Assembly (NCBI GenBank): GCA_002633005.1
Contig: NMRA01000009.1
Span: 30,923 to 94,922 of the forward strand
Reading direction: 5' to 3'
DNA length: 64,000 bases
From: Phoronis australis
Taxonomy: Eukaryota; Animalia; Phoronida
In this document: positions 1 to 11,253 of the stretch, one piece after another
Position numbering within the stretch: position 1 is the stretch's first letter
How the letters are laid out: each line of letters starts with the position of its first letter
The notes under the pieces: model-generated
Seen by the model: only the letters and a program-made list of their open reading frames with translations
Databases searched by the model: none
Told to the model about the DNA's origin: nothing
Translations under genes and position numbers: made by a program

Positions 1-367
1 TGCGCTGCACAGTTCCTGTTGGGAATTCTACTGCGCAGTTCCTGTTGGGAAGTCTACTGCACAGTTCCTGTTGGGAAGTGTGCTGCACAGTTCCTGTTGG
101 GAAGTGTACTGCACAGTTCCTGTTGGGAAGTGTGCTGCACAGTTCCTGTTGGGAAATGCGCTGCACAGTTCCTGTTGGGAATTCTACTGCGCAGTTCCTG
201 TTGGGAAGTCTACTGCACAGTTCCTGTTGGGAAGTGTGCTGCACAGTTCCTGTTGGGAAGTGTGCTGCACAGTTCCTGTTGGGAAGTGTGCTGCACAGTT
301 CCTGTTGGGAAGTGTGCTGCACAGTTCCTGTTGGGAAGTGTGCTGCACAGTTCCTGTTGGGAAGTGT
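1..367. repeat. 26-bp minisatellite (tgcacagttcctgttgggaagtgtgc), ~14 copies
   Basis: Direct tandem copies; explains the periodic ORFs 19-411. Confidence 0.95.
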
Positions 368-474
368 ATACTACACAGTGACTGAACATGTAGCTGGTGC
401 TGGTTAATCAAGACTGACGTTAGCGGGAAGAATTAAAGCGAACCTTTATTGCAGACATTTCTCATCCTTTCTAG

Positions 475-600
475 GTTTGGAATAAAAGATGACTATCATC
501 CCCCAAACAACAGAAAGTGTCGGCGAGGACTAATGTACAACCAACACCGAGGCAATTCCTTCTCCAAGTGTAGCGTTGAAGACCTTGAGAGGTGGCTTCT
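475..600 (+). CDS. ADAMTS-like exon: C-terminal half of catalytic domain
   Basis: tttctag acceptor, gtaagt donor, phase 2/2; [41 protein letters not shown]. Confidence 0.8.
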
Positions 601-3600
601 GTAAGTAAGCTAGAAAGTGAATCGTTCTGCTGTCGAAAGGATAAAAAACTCCCTCTTATGTCAAAACCGTATTTTGAGAGACCTGCTTACTCTAGTAAAC
701 TCGGCCTCACCTTGTTTCTTACTCAGATTACAAAAACTTTCTAGACTGGAGAAGACCTTACAAGTCGTTAATATTTCAGGCTACACTTTTTGATTGTCTC
801 AGCTGGATACTTTCAGTCGCTAGGGTTATTCAAGCTGGTCTATCGTAATCAACTACAATTCAAATAAGGAAGAAAAAACGCCTGTGAAGAAGAATTCATG
901 TCAACAGCAGAACATGGCCTTCGGTGGTTTTAAATGTCAGTTAATCATTTGCGCGTAAAACACTGGAAGTTTTTCGCAATATCAGGTACTGCTATTGTAG
1001 TTACTAACACTATGGTAAACTCTTCAAATGACAAGAGAAGAAATATGCAACCGAACTTGGTTCAATCGTGTCAAACCTGTTAACAAGATTTTGCAAAGTG
1101 CAACAAGGTTCCATCATACGTGATTGTCATTACCTTAGGAATTGTTGTCATTGTAGATCAGAAAGATCCATGTGTCTCGACACTCTTCCAAAATCCACCA
1201 ATGAGACCACAAAACTTTTCGATAGCTCCATGTTCATCAAGCCGATAGAGGCGGTAGACGGTTCTTGGGGCCTATGGAGCACTTGGAGTACATGCTCTCG
1301 AACGTGTGGAGGTGGAGTTCGACGCCAAAGGCGGGATTGCAATTCACCGTCGTAAGTACTCGCTGGTTCCCTGCGTGCCGCTAGGTGGTAGCCAGCACGC
1401 TGGCTAGGCACGTGGGGAACCAGCGAGTCGTAAGTAAAGCTTGTGCAAGAAATTTAATTCGAGTTAATGCCTCTCGTGTTTGGTCATAATTCATCGTCAT
1501 CAGTTTTGACGACTGTAAGAGTGAGTACAAATTGCTATGTAAAATCTGGTTCGAGTGCTAAAATGCTTTTTCATCTTGTTTTATTCTAGACCAATCAGGG
1601 GTGGTCGAGCTTGCACAGGGCATCGCTATAGGAACATGATGTGTCACACGGAAAGCTGTGTCAACCCATACAAACGCACAGCTGATCACTCGTCTATTTT
1701 GCTCCAATATGCTGACGAGTGTGCACGGAAGTATTTCAAGCGATACACTTTTCCTGAGATTGAAGGAATTTATCGTGAAGGTACATGTGATTCTTTGGCA
1801 TCCATTCAGTACAGACCTTTGCACAAACTACCGCTGAACTCAAGCCCTTCATTAGTCGATGTTTTCTGCACATAAGACGCGATCGCAGTTAAGCGAATAC
1901 TCTTTTACCTGTGTTGGTTTTGAAAATTGGACATCTTAGACGGTCCGATGTGGACGAACGATTACATTTGAAGTGCTACTCGCTCAACTGGAGTGAACAT
2001 ATGCCATTTGCACGTAAAGTTGATTTTTATATACAAAGTGATATCTGTTTGGATGGCGTGTGTCCGATAAGTTATCATGGTTCGTCAATCATCTGTCAAC
2101 AGTTAGTTGGTAAATTTACAACGCAACGGAGATTTACATGTGCACTTTCTGAATTCGGTGACCCGTTTTTTAGGAACAGCGCGGTGCCACACGATGTGTA
2201 CACCAGTTGGGAAGAATTATTATCGTTACTACAGTGTGGTGGACGGGTTCAGTTGTAGTTCTATACAAAATGATGTCTGTGTGGATGGCGTGTGTCTGGT
2301 AAGTAAGTTTGCCCCGATCCGGAAATATTGAACTGGTATATATTTATCCATGGGCAAACCAGATATGCAAAATTCCAAATAATGAAATCAGATCAAAGGG
2401 TCTACGGGATTGTCATAAATTCAGTGGTTTAATTTTCTAGACTTTTACCCAAGAACGCCGTCTTTGATTTGTAAAATGTCGATGAAATGTTGAGGATTTT
2501 GGTGTTAATTTGCTGCAATCGATTGTGATAACCTGCAGACGTTCAACAAGGGCTGTTAATATTATAGGAACGCGGTTGCGATGATGAAACCTTCGAGTCA
2601 AAGGCTAGGTACGATGTATGCGGCGTATGCGGCGGAAACGGAACGTCGTGTAAAGTATACAATGGCACTTACTACGGAGAGTTTATTGGTAAGTTCCCCC
2701 TAAATTCGCCACTAAGTATAACACATAGATTAATCGTTGAGATCTTTGAACTTATGTAGAACCTTATTTTTTAATTTTGAAGATTTCAAGCAACCTCGTT
2801 TTCTCACCTGCTGATGCATCATTGGCGTCAATCTCGAAAAATAAAGGCAAGAACCCTATCTCACAAATTGAGTGGATGGTGGTCTTTTCTCACAGTTGCC
2901 TGTAATTTGCTAAAAGCATAGGTCACGGAGTTTTCAAAATTTCCACCAAAATCGGGTTGAGTATCCTTTTAATCATTGTTTTACGATATTGAATACCTGT
3001 TTGGATAAATATTTTAGCTTCATCATTCCCTAACTAGTTAACTTTAAAATTGACATCTTCCAAGTTGGGTACCACAATGTACTGTTGACCTATTTAACAT
3101 TGACTCCACCTCTGACCTAGTTTGACCAGAGACATTGAACCTCCCGACTTTCAAAATTACATGGTGTTTTAGAGATAATTAGTTTGTTACGCTTTGCAAA
3201 TTTAGTTGACATTGCGATTGAATACTGAACTAATGATCATGGTTGTGGCATATGTATAGGTTATATTGACCAAAAACAAGTTTTCATCGGATACTCGCGA
3301 TGTTTTCGGCTTTCTCTCGGCCTTGGTAAATCAACTTAGGAACACGCTAAGTTCTCGAAATGGTTCTGTGGATTTTACTAAAACTTTCCAATTCTAGTAT
3401 TTATTTATCCATTTCAAAAACGATGTTAGAATTTTTTAAATGCCTAGTATAATTGCGCCGTGCCATAAACAAAATGCGTTAATTTTGTGATTAATTCGGC
3501 ATAGACACCAAACTAAATGAGTAATCGAAATTTTCTAACGACGTTTTTGAGAGATATCCACAATGACTTTTCATTTAGGAAGATATCATTGAAGTCGATG

Positions 3601-6600
3601 TGGGGGTGTTAGTGCTACGAATGTACCTTGGTTAAAAAGGTGGCCATACATTATAATAATAATAATCACACGTAAGCATGAAGTGCATTTTGATAATACC
3701 TGACATTTCTTCTTTCAGAAAATATGTATTTTTGATAGCTGACAAAGCCTACCTTTTCTGGTAGTTGACTTTGAATTAACGTTCCTCAATAAGATCGCAC
3801 GTGAATGTTTTACTTATACGCAGTGTTGAAAAGTCGTCGACTCACTCAGAATAAATTCAACTTATCTTGATTGACTCAGCTGATTTGCCGATGAATGAGA
3901 CACTGTATGGGTGAGGGCATTTTGAAAGAATATGCGCGGAATGAGAATGGAACAACTTCGTAATCCGAAGATTCCGACAATGATCGGACATAAATATTGA
4001 ACGCAGGTCCGATCGACGACATTCAGGGGAATGTATTTCGATTGATCCGTTATCGAAGAACGCAGTCTTACAGTCAGCGTTCATACTAGCTGACACGTAG
4101 CTGACTTCTTGTGACGTTAGTAGATCACGTAACAAACTTCCTTTGCGTGTTGGAAATTCGATTATTATATTTTAGACAGATTTAATTAATGATTATAACG
4201 CAATCCCAAATTTATTAAATTGTAAGCTTAACATTTTTGACATCGCAATGACTAAGATAAGCGTGCAATTATTAACTAAGATAAGCGTGCAATTATTAAC
4301 TAAGATAAGCGTGCAATTATTAACTAAGATAAGCGTGCAATTATTAACTAAGATAAGCGTGCAATTATTAACTAAGATAAGCGTGCAATTATTAACTAAT
4401 ATAAGCGTGCAATTATTAACTAATATAAGCGTGCAATTATTAACTAATATAAGCGTGCAGTTATTAACTAATATAAGCGTGCAATTATTAACTAATATAA
4501 GCGTGCAGTTATTAACTAATATAAGCGTGCAATTATTAACTAAGATAAGCGTGCAATTATTAACTTATTGTTAAATCCAGAACTAATAACCCCTCGTACT
4601 GGCTAGAGGTCGGAGCTTTTAAGCTTAAAAAGATCTTTGAGAACATAGGTAATGGGCTTTTGCACCGATGGAACATGATGGGGTTGTTGCTAACCAATGA
4701 GCTAAATATCTCATTGCGCTAACCGAGTCATTAGTTTTCATTATAAGGCCAAAAAGCGTCGAGTATAGCTGTAGGTGAATACAGTTTTCGTAAAACAGAA
4801 TAATGAAGACTTTGAATGAACAATTTACTTTATTTTTAGCGAGACGTCGTCTGTTACGAATATCCCATCATGCGTTGAATATTTACTTTTAAATTATTTG
4901 TAGGGAGACGTCGTATGTTGCGGATACCTCAGCATGCGTTCAATATTAAAGTAAACATTAGGTCCAGAAAACATAAGGACATGGCCGGAAATGTGATCCG
5001 TAAGTAAAACTTACTGTATTTTTTTACTTAATATTGAATCATTCGCACCCAGCCTTTAATATGGGGGGTCTCGAATCTCTGACAATGTGGACGTTTTGCT
5101 AACAAAAAAGCGGGAGGGCTAAAAAATTAAAACAGGACGCCACCTTCAGGTCTGTGAACTGTGCGTCTGCGCCTTTTTAGTGGACTTTTGTCGGACTTTT
5201 TTCTCTGGGGCGGACCTTTTTACTCACTTCGCCAAACCCCCTAGCCCCCCCGGGTGCGCGCATGTGAATACAAGAAATAATTTTACTGAAAACCAATAGG
5301 AATAGAAAGGCATTCGAGTACTGGAATGGAATTCAGTGCGTAAAATTGTATTAAGTAAATATATATAATTATACAGATCATAAATACTTTAACAATATAA
5401 AGGATGTGTTTATATACTTACCGTGTCTCACCAGAGTCCAGGGTTTATTTTTTGTACTAGAAATCGAATTAAATATTTTGACATTTCCCTTCTACATTAG
5501 CATGAAGGTATATTGTTGTGTGTTCCAGTGTATTATACTTTACAAAAATGAGTGTCAATAGTCCAAGTTGCACTTGATAAACTCTTCATTTGAGCTATAA
5601 TCTCGCTCGAGTGAAAACTCGACGTCTGATGTTCAGACTTCAATTGATGGCTTCAACGCTGGGGTCATAAACGATAATGTAGTTTAGCAGAGGACGATAG
5701 AGTGGTATCTTGAGTCCCCACAGGCAGCAGTAGAACAATAATTCCAGATATACGAAGATTAGACCCCGGACTTGCAAGAAGAAAATTGTGTCACTTCTCC
5801 AACAGTTAAGGCATTGAAAATACAACAAATTATATTGCCGTGGGAAACATTCGCCTACAACGGGTTATTACTATTAGGCCTGGGTCCACAGAGCGAGTCT
5901 AGTTTCTCATTCTCTGGATTGGATATGTTAATATTAAGATTAAAACTGTAAATATTGTTTCGCTGTATTTTGTTTATAGTTGTTCAGCTACAGTGTAGGA
6001 TCGTGTAGGTTTATTTGTTTATTCCGGCTTAAGGCAATCAGTTGACTGAATGGACTGTCCTCTGAAAAATTCATATCGTCAACGGAAAAATAAGGATTTG
6101 CACTAACAACCTATGTTTAGAATTTCCAGTCTAGGTGTTTTTGTTTGTAACTGTTCGTAACGATCAAACAGTTTGGTCAACTTTATTGTTTTTTTTCAGA
6201 TCTGAGAACAATTTCTGGCTGGTATTTAACCGACATCCGCAGCTACTCAGATACACGTGTCATTGCTTACGCTGGCAGCTCATGGGAATACATTTATGAC
6301 AAGGTATTCTTTTTCAGTGTTCAGTGAAAACCGCGTGTTTTATCCAATGTAATTATGGGAGACATAGGAAACCCTTTGCGGTGAGAAGTTTTCGCTTATG
6401 GAACGATTTTACTTGCTTACTCCCATTATTTGAACATTCAAGTCTCGCCGAACCAATCATTTTATAGCAGCAGCCAGTTTGCAAGTGTGTGTTGATAAGA
6501 ACCCATTCGGGTTATTGGGCTCGCTTTGCACTTACGCGATTTTACGCAATTTTGCGCGATCTCATTTTTCTTGCAAGAGAATTACTTTACAGAACGCAAC

Positions 6601-7337
6601 ACTGATTGACGTTGTACGATTTCAGTTCGGTGGATGGTTACCTCACTTACTGCGAACCAAGGGGCCAATCACGAAGGACGTGGATATATACGTAGGTTTT
6701 AAAGGAATATTCATTGACATGATGATCGTGGTGAAGCGGTTCACTTTCAAAGCTATAACACAGTTGTGCGTTAGATACATTACTGCACTCTACTCAGATT
6801 TAAACTTCGCTAGTGCATGCTGGAAATTGCAAGTCCTCCTATCAGCAACGCTTAATTTTTACTCTTAGTGGAGAATTAGCAATTAGATACCCACCATCTT
6901 TGGAAAGAATCACTGTAATCAAATGTCTTAAGTGTTGCGCATTATTAATAAAGTTCCCAATGTCAATTAATGGAAAAGTAAGCTGTCCTATCAAGATTCC
7001 AACCAACGTTGCATGAAGATAAATTCGACAGAAGTCATTTTAAAGACGATCATAGTTGTTGGTCTTTTCAACTGCAAAATTTATAGATTGACTGAGGTCT
7101 GACCTTGTAAACATGCTGCCAAATGTCTTGGTTTGGATTCAATTTAATTTATTTTACTTGCCTGCTGTCTATCGTAGAATTTTTTTGAAATTCTTACAAC
7201 ACGTAATTCGAATTTAATTATTTCAAATGCACCATTTTTTTCAGCTTCACAGAACGTGGCACGCCAAACCAAACCTGGGCATTGAATATACGTACACGCT
7301 TTTAAATGTACATCGCCGTCATCGCATTGCTTCCTGA
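475..7337 (+). CDS. ADAMTS-family secreted metalloprotease, 3' portion (end of M12B/reprolysin domain, TSP1 repeat, Cys-rich domain, spacer); 5' exons lie upstream of the window
   Basis: Eight phase-compatible GT-AG exons: 475-600, 1157-1351, 1590-1780, 2174-2298, 2568-2688, 4904-4999, 6200-6303, 6626-6691, then terminal exon 7245-7337 (TGA 7335-7337). Translation includes FGIKDD..C..GLM..SFSKCS (metzincin tail and Met-turn), [24 protein letters not shown] (TSP1), [22 protein letters not shown] (Cys-rich), [32 protein letters not shown] (spacer). Confidence 0.88.
1157..1351 (+). CDS. ADAMTS-like exon: end of protease domain, linker and TSP1 repeat start
   Basis: ttgtag acceptor, gtaagt donor; [11 protein letters not shown]...[32 protein letters not shown]. 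Confidence 0.88.
1359..1427. mobile_element. 69-bp hairpin mini-MITE with 9-bp TSD (tcgtaagta)
   Basis: TIR ctcgctggttccc / gggaaccagcgag; TSD copies at 1350-1358 and 1428-1436. Confidence 0.8.
1590..1780 (+). CDS. ADAMTS-like exon: end of TSP1 and start of Cys-rich domain
   Basis: ttctag acceptor, gtacat donor; [10 protein letters not shown]...CHTESC...ECARK. Confidence 0.85.
2174..2298 (+). CDS. ADAMTS-like exon: Cys-rich domain
   Basis: ttttag acceptor, gtaagt donor; CHTMC...VVDGFSC...DVCVDGVCL. Confidence 0.88.
2568..2688 (+). CDS. ADAMTS-like exon: Cys-rich domain end
   Basis: ttatag acceptor, gtaagt donor; [26 protein letters not shown]. Confidence 0.9.
4250..4565. repeat. 24-bp minisatellite (actaagataagcgtgcaattatta), ~13 copies
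   Basis: Tandem copies; source of ORF 4248-4574. Confidence 0.95.
4904..4999 (+). CDS. ADAMTS-like exon: spacer domain 1
   Basis: ttgtag acceptor, gtaagt donor, phase 1/1; [18 protein letters not shown] matches spacer IPxGAxNI motif. Confidence 0.78.
5040..5265. mobile_element. MITE family with cgcacccag...gggtgcgcg ends; related copies at ~28462-28560 and ~42185-42335
   Basis: Shared cgcacccagcct..ggggg(t)ctcgaa..gtggac start in three places; inverted end at 5251-5262. Confidence 0.55.
6200..6303 (+). CDS. ADAMTS-like exon: spacer domain 2
   Basis: tttttcag acceptor, gtattc donor; [11 protein letters not shown]...[12 protein letters not shown]. Confidence 0.8.
6626..6691 (+). CDS. ADAMTS-like exon: spacer domain 3
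   Basis: tttcag acceptor, gtaggt donor; [14 protein letters not shown] (GPxxExLxI-like). Confidence 0.78.
7245..7337 (+). CDS. ADAMTS-like terminal coding exon (spacer end and stop)
   Basis: tttttcag acceptor; [30 protein letters not shown]; NxGIxYxY is the typical spacer end. Confidence 0.75.
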   Translation, partial: LHRTWHAKPNLGIEYTYTLLNVHRRHRIAS

Positions 7338-7585
7338 AGAACAAAGTTTGCCGAGTTCCTTCCTAGCATACTATACGTGTAATAATATATTTGTAAGACA
7401 TACTATACGTGTAATACTATATTTGTATGACATACTATACGTGGAATACTATATTTGTAAGACAATTACAAAAGTTATTGTTGTAGCTTGACTTTGTACA
7501 AGCAATGGTGAAGTGTTGTTATCGCTACTTTTGTTAATAATGCATTTCGCTCTCTTTAGCTGACTAGAAATTGAAAATGGAATTA

Positions 7586-8833
7586 GGCCGTTTACTGTCA
7601 TGAAAACGACTGATAAATATAGATTATTGCATGGCGAAGTCGTTTTCCCCCGTTATCTAGACCCCGAGTGGATTTTGGATAATTATCGCCCGAGGGGCGT
7701 TAGTCCCGAGGGTGATAATTCTACACAATCCACGAGGGCTCTAGATAAGGGGGATAACGACTGAGAACATGTAATAATCTATTTATACTACATACTGAAC
7801 GAGAAACATTGCAATGAATCGATCTACCTTTCTCGACTCGCCTCGGCTTTGTGACTACTTTCTATGTCAGAGGCCCGGGGTCGGAGGTCGTGACCTTTTA
7901 AGAAAAGCCGAGTTATTTTTGTCAAATAATGCTTTAACTCAAAACCAATTGAAAAACAAACTAGAAATAAAGTGAATCTATAAATTAAGGTTTAGCAACT
8001 ATTATAGCTTACTACACATTTTATCATGCTAAGCTTCTACCGGGAAAATATCGTCTGCTAAATTGGTTACCACTGGTAACTGAGTATAATGCTAAAGTCA
8101 AAGGATCCCGACGACACGATGCCCGCATTCAAATTGGAGATCGGTGATTTTACAAGTGAGAGAACACGAGAAAAAAAATTCACTTGATTAAAATATCGTT
8201 TTTATGGAAATTATACGTCTTATTTTTCATAGCGTATAAATGTCGGTACAATGCCCTTTGCTAAACATACGATTGTTGCGCGTGCTCATTTAAGTATTCT
8301 ATTTTCACGTTTGATGACGTCAGCCGCTGAGTGGTGTAGTGGTAAAGTCGGCGACTCGAAACTCTTGAGGCTCGGCTTCGAAACCGGCCTCGGTTTCCCG
8401 CCACTAGTGAGATTTGTATCTGCCATTCGACGCTAATATCGTGGTATAATATTCCTTATACCACAATATTAGCGTATAAATAGATTATTACATGTTCTCA
8501 GTCGTTATCCCTCTTATCTAGAGCCCTCGTGGATTTTGTAGAGTTATCACCCTTGGGGCTAACGCCCCTCGGGCGATAATTCTCCAAAATCCACTCGGGC
8601 GCTAGATAACGGGGAATAACGACTTCACCATGTAATAATCTAAATTTATTGTAACAGGATTCCGTATCAGTTACCAACTCCAGTTACCGACCGCGTGCAT
8701 GCGCCATTTCCAAATTCGCTAGCCAACCTCCGCTAAACTCTGAAGAGTTTTCTAGAGTAGAAGATGGTTTCGATGTTCTAGTTGGTAACGGAAATAGAAA
8801 CATATCACATTGATTTTATGACAGTAAAAGGCC
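7586..8833. mobile_element. Outer MITE with ~22-bp TIRs, flanked by TA
   Basis: ggccgtttactgtcatgaaaac / gattttatgacagtaaaaggcc, with ta on both sides. Confidence 0.65.
7620..8642. mobile_element. Non-autonomous element with ~165-bp inverted termini that are each self-palindromic (Crypton-like)
   Basis: 7620-7790 and 8474-8642 are inverted copies; each reads tagattatt.catg..agtcgtt...aacgact..catgtaataatcta. Confidence 0.75.
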
Positions 8834-9773
8834 TAGTTTGATTTTAGATTTTAGCCAGCTGAATAGGGCAAAATGTGGCTTTAATCAATGTTACACTTCA
8901 GAAACATAAACTGCGCTGGCTCGCAACATTTTCAAATAAATAATGATTTTAATTTCAATAAATACAAACGTGCGATCCGTTTTATTTTTTTCTTCCGTTG
9001 GGAAGTACGCATAAAATGTGAGTCAAATGAATGGGAAAGGGGAAGGACGGGGATTGTGAAAGTAGCACCCATTAATTGATTTATTAACAAGCGAAACTTG
9101 CAGCCTTCAAGGTACACACGGGTACGAGCAATACCACAGTATTGCATCAAGTGACAATCAAACCATGTATTGTCAGCAGCTTAATTTATATTCACGTGAA
9201 TTTTAATTTTTAGTTTCTTGTACGGGTGTACATCTTCAGTACTGAGCATAGTCTTTCCGACTTGACTCCTCCGGGACATGCGATACTACTTTGCCCGACC
9301 ATAAGCACACGACAGTCACCCCCCCCCACTACCCCCACTACCCCACTCTCGCTACAATTGCCACCACATACACCCCACCTCCAGTGCCACCACATACCAA
9401 TCCTCGCCGCATGAACACCATAGTTTGGTGTCTGTCTAATAGTATTTCTTTACAACATTCCACCCTTTATCATTGGATGCTGCATTGTCGGACTTTTTGC
9501 TTGACCTTTCCGTAATTTTTGTCTGAATATCCGATACTGTGATGACAAGGTGGAGAAAATTTGAGCATTTGACATGCGACACGACATTGGCATCAGCGTA
9601 ACCCAACCTGAGAACACAAAAATGAAAAAGGGCCCGTCCTTCCCATTACAACCTAGTCTTCTTCCCATTTCTTGTCCTTCCTTCTTAATTTGGTGTCCGT
9701 CCTTCTCATACGAAGGCCTGTACTTCTCATTTCTCGCCCGTCCTTTCAATTTTGGTGTCTCATCGACGATCAG

Positions 9774-9935
9774 AAGTTTTCATTGGATCCAGTCGTCAAG
9801 TCGTCTTGTACGTAGTTTTCATTGGATTCAGTCGTCAAGTCGTCTTGTACGTAGTTTTCATTGGATTCAGTCGTCAAGTCGTCTTGTACGTAGTTTTCAT
9901 TGGATTCAGTCGTCAAGTCGTCTTGGACGTAGTTT
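9774..9935. repeat. 39-bp minisatellite, ~4 copies
   Basis: agttttcattggattcagtcgtcaagtcgtcttgtacgt repeated. Confidence 0.9.
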
Positions 9936-11088
9936 CAGTGGTCAAGTCGTCTTGGTGACGTGAGTGTCTACGTATGATGCACATTTAACTCCAAAACTTT
10001 TGAATATCGCCATTTTGGTAATAAAATCAAAAGTCGAACCGTCCAGTAATTCCAAAACCTACAAAGACTGGAATTAGGACAGTCTTGACAATAACTTTTC
10101 AGTCACGAATATTCGAGCATTGTCCATGTAATTTAATGTTAATTCTATTTCTAAAAAGTCACTCGTTTGCTATTTACATAATAAACACAGCGGTTTTAAA
10201 TCATATTTATGTTACCACGTTGGTATAAAATGTAAAAAAAAAATGTCGAGAGGCATACAGCTGCCTAACAACTTCGTTTCTAATAAAAATATTATGTCTC
10301 GGTAAAGGCAATAAAAGGTATAATGTATGTTCGCACATATTTACTGCCGTCCATATAAACACGCATTCCTCATGTGACCTTGTGTATTTGGGTTAGGCTT
10401 AATTTGTTGAATGGTTTCCTTTAAAAACACAATTCACTGTTTTTCCGTGGCTCTGTAATAGTTGTTGTAGCGAGTACCACAAGGCGTCCAGCTCACTGAT
10501 TGTATACCGATCAATGCCTGATTGTGTTGGCCGTCAAAAGCGTTACATTAATATTTCAATGCGTGATTACCGTCTTGATCACTGTGCCAGAAATTGTGTT
10601 GAATACGTATGAATGTAGTCGTCCGTATACCTCGGCTTAACGACGTTGGGGGTTTTACGGTTGGTAACTGTTAGTTCCAAGGTGACCAAAGGAAGGTATA
10701 CGGGTACAAGCGAACACATATACATATTGCACTTGACTGATACCAGTCTTTTAACTTGTCATTTAATCAGTGCACGGAGATATATTCGTTGTTTCTGAAA
10801 TCAGGCTTATTGGGCGAATGTAGAAGGCTTTCTGAAGACGTATTTCTCAACTAGGACTGGCCACACCTCAACCGTAATTGGAAGCAACAGTCTCAGGTAA
10901 GACAACTTTTACGCGCAATTCAAACTCAACTAGATATCTTGCATATATAAAGTGAGTAAAGTAGGCCAAGAAAATGGGAAACAGTGAATAATTGACGTGC
11001 AGAGATAATTAAAATAAAACTAAAAAGCTTTTAGGGCCGCCAGATACGATCAGCGTATCAAAAGAGCACAAGCGTATAGGAACGTGTT

Positions 11089-11253
11089 CAATGGCGGATT
11101 TAAGGGGGGGGGCAAGGAAGCCATGCCCCCTCTAAAATTTTTCCCAGATTCCATTTGGCAGTTCGGGGGTGCGAATGTCGATCTGACGGGAAAAATCCTG
11201 GCAAATACTCTGCCCTGCCCCCCCCCCAACTCAAAATCCTGGATCCGCCCCTG
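11089..11253. mobile_element. Short G/C-run MITE (ca.tggcggat...atccgcccctg), hAT5-like
   Basis: TIRs; near-TSD gtgtt/gtgtg; sister copy at 42121-42430. Confidence 0.7.

Noticed and set aside
1-411. Cys-rich periodic ORFs and a CRISPR-like look
   Set aside because: Pure 26-bp tandem repeat with no unique spacers; intronic in a eukaryotic gene
4248-4574. 108-aa repetitive ORF (also 9574-9963, 35386-35875, 53753-53995)
   Set aside because: Stop-free frames of minisatellites with no splice or homology support
8326-8394. Functional tRNA gene
   Set aside because: Anticodon stem does not pair properly and it lies inside a repeat; treated as a tRNA-derived cassette
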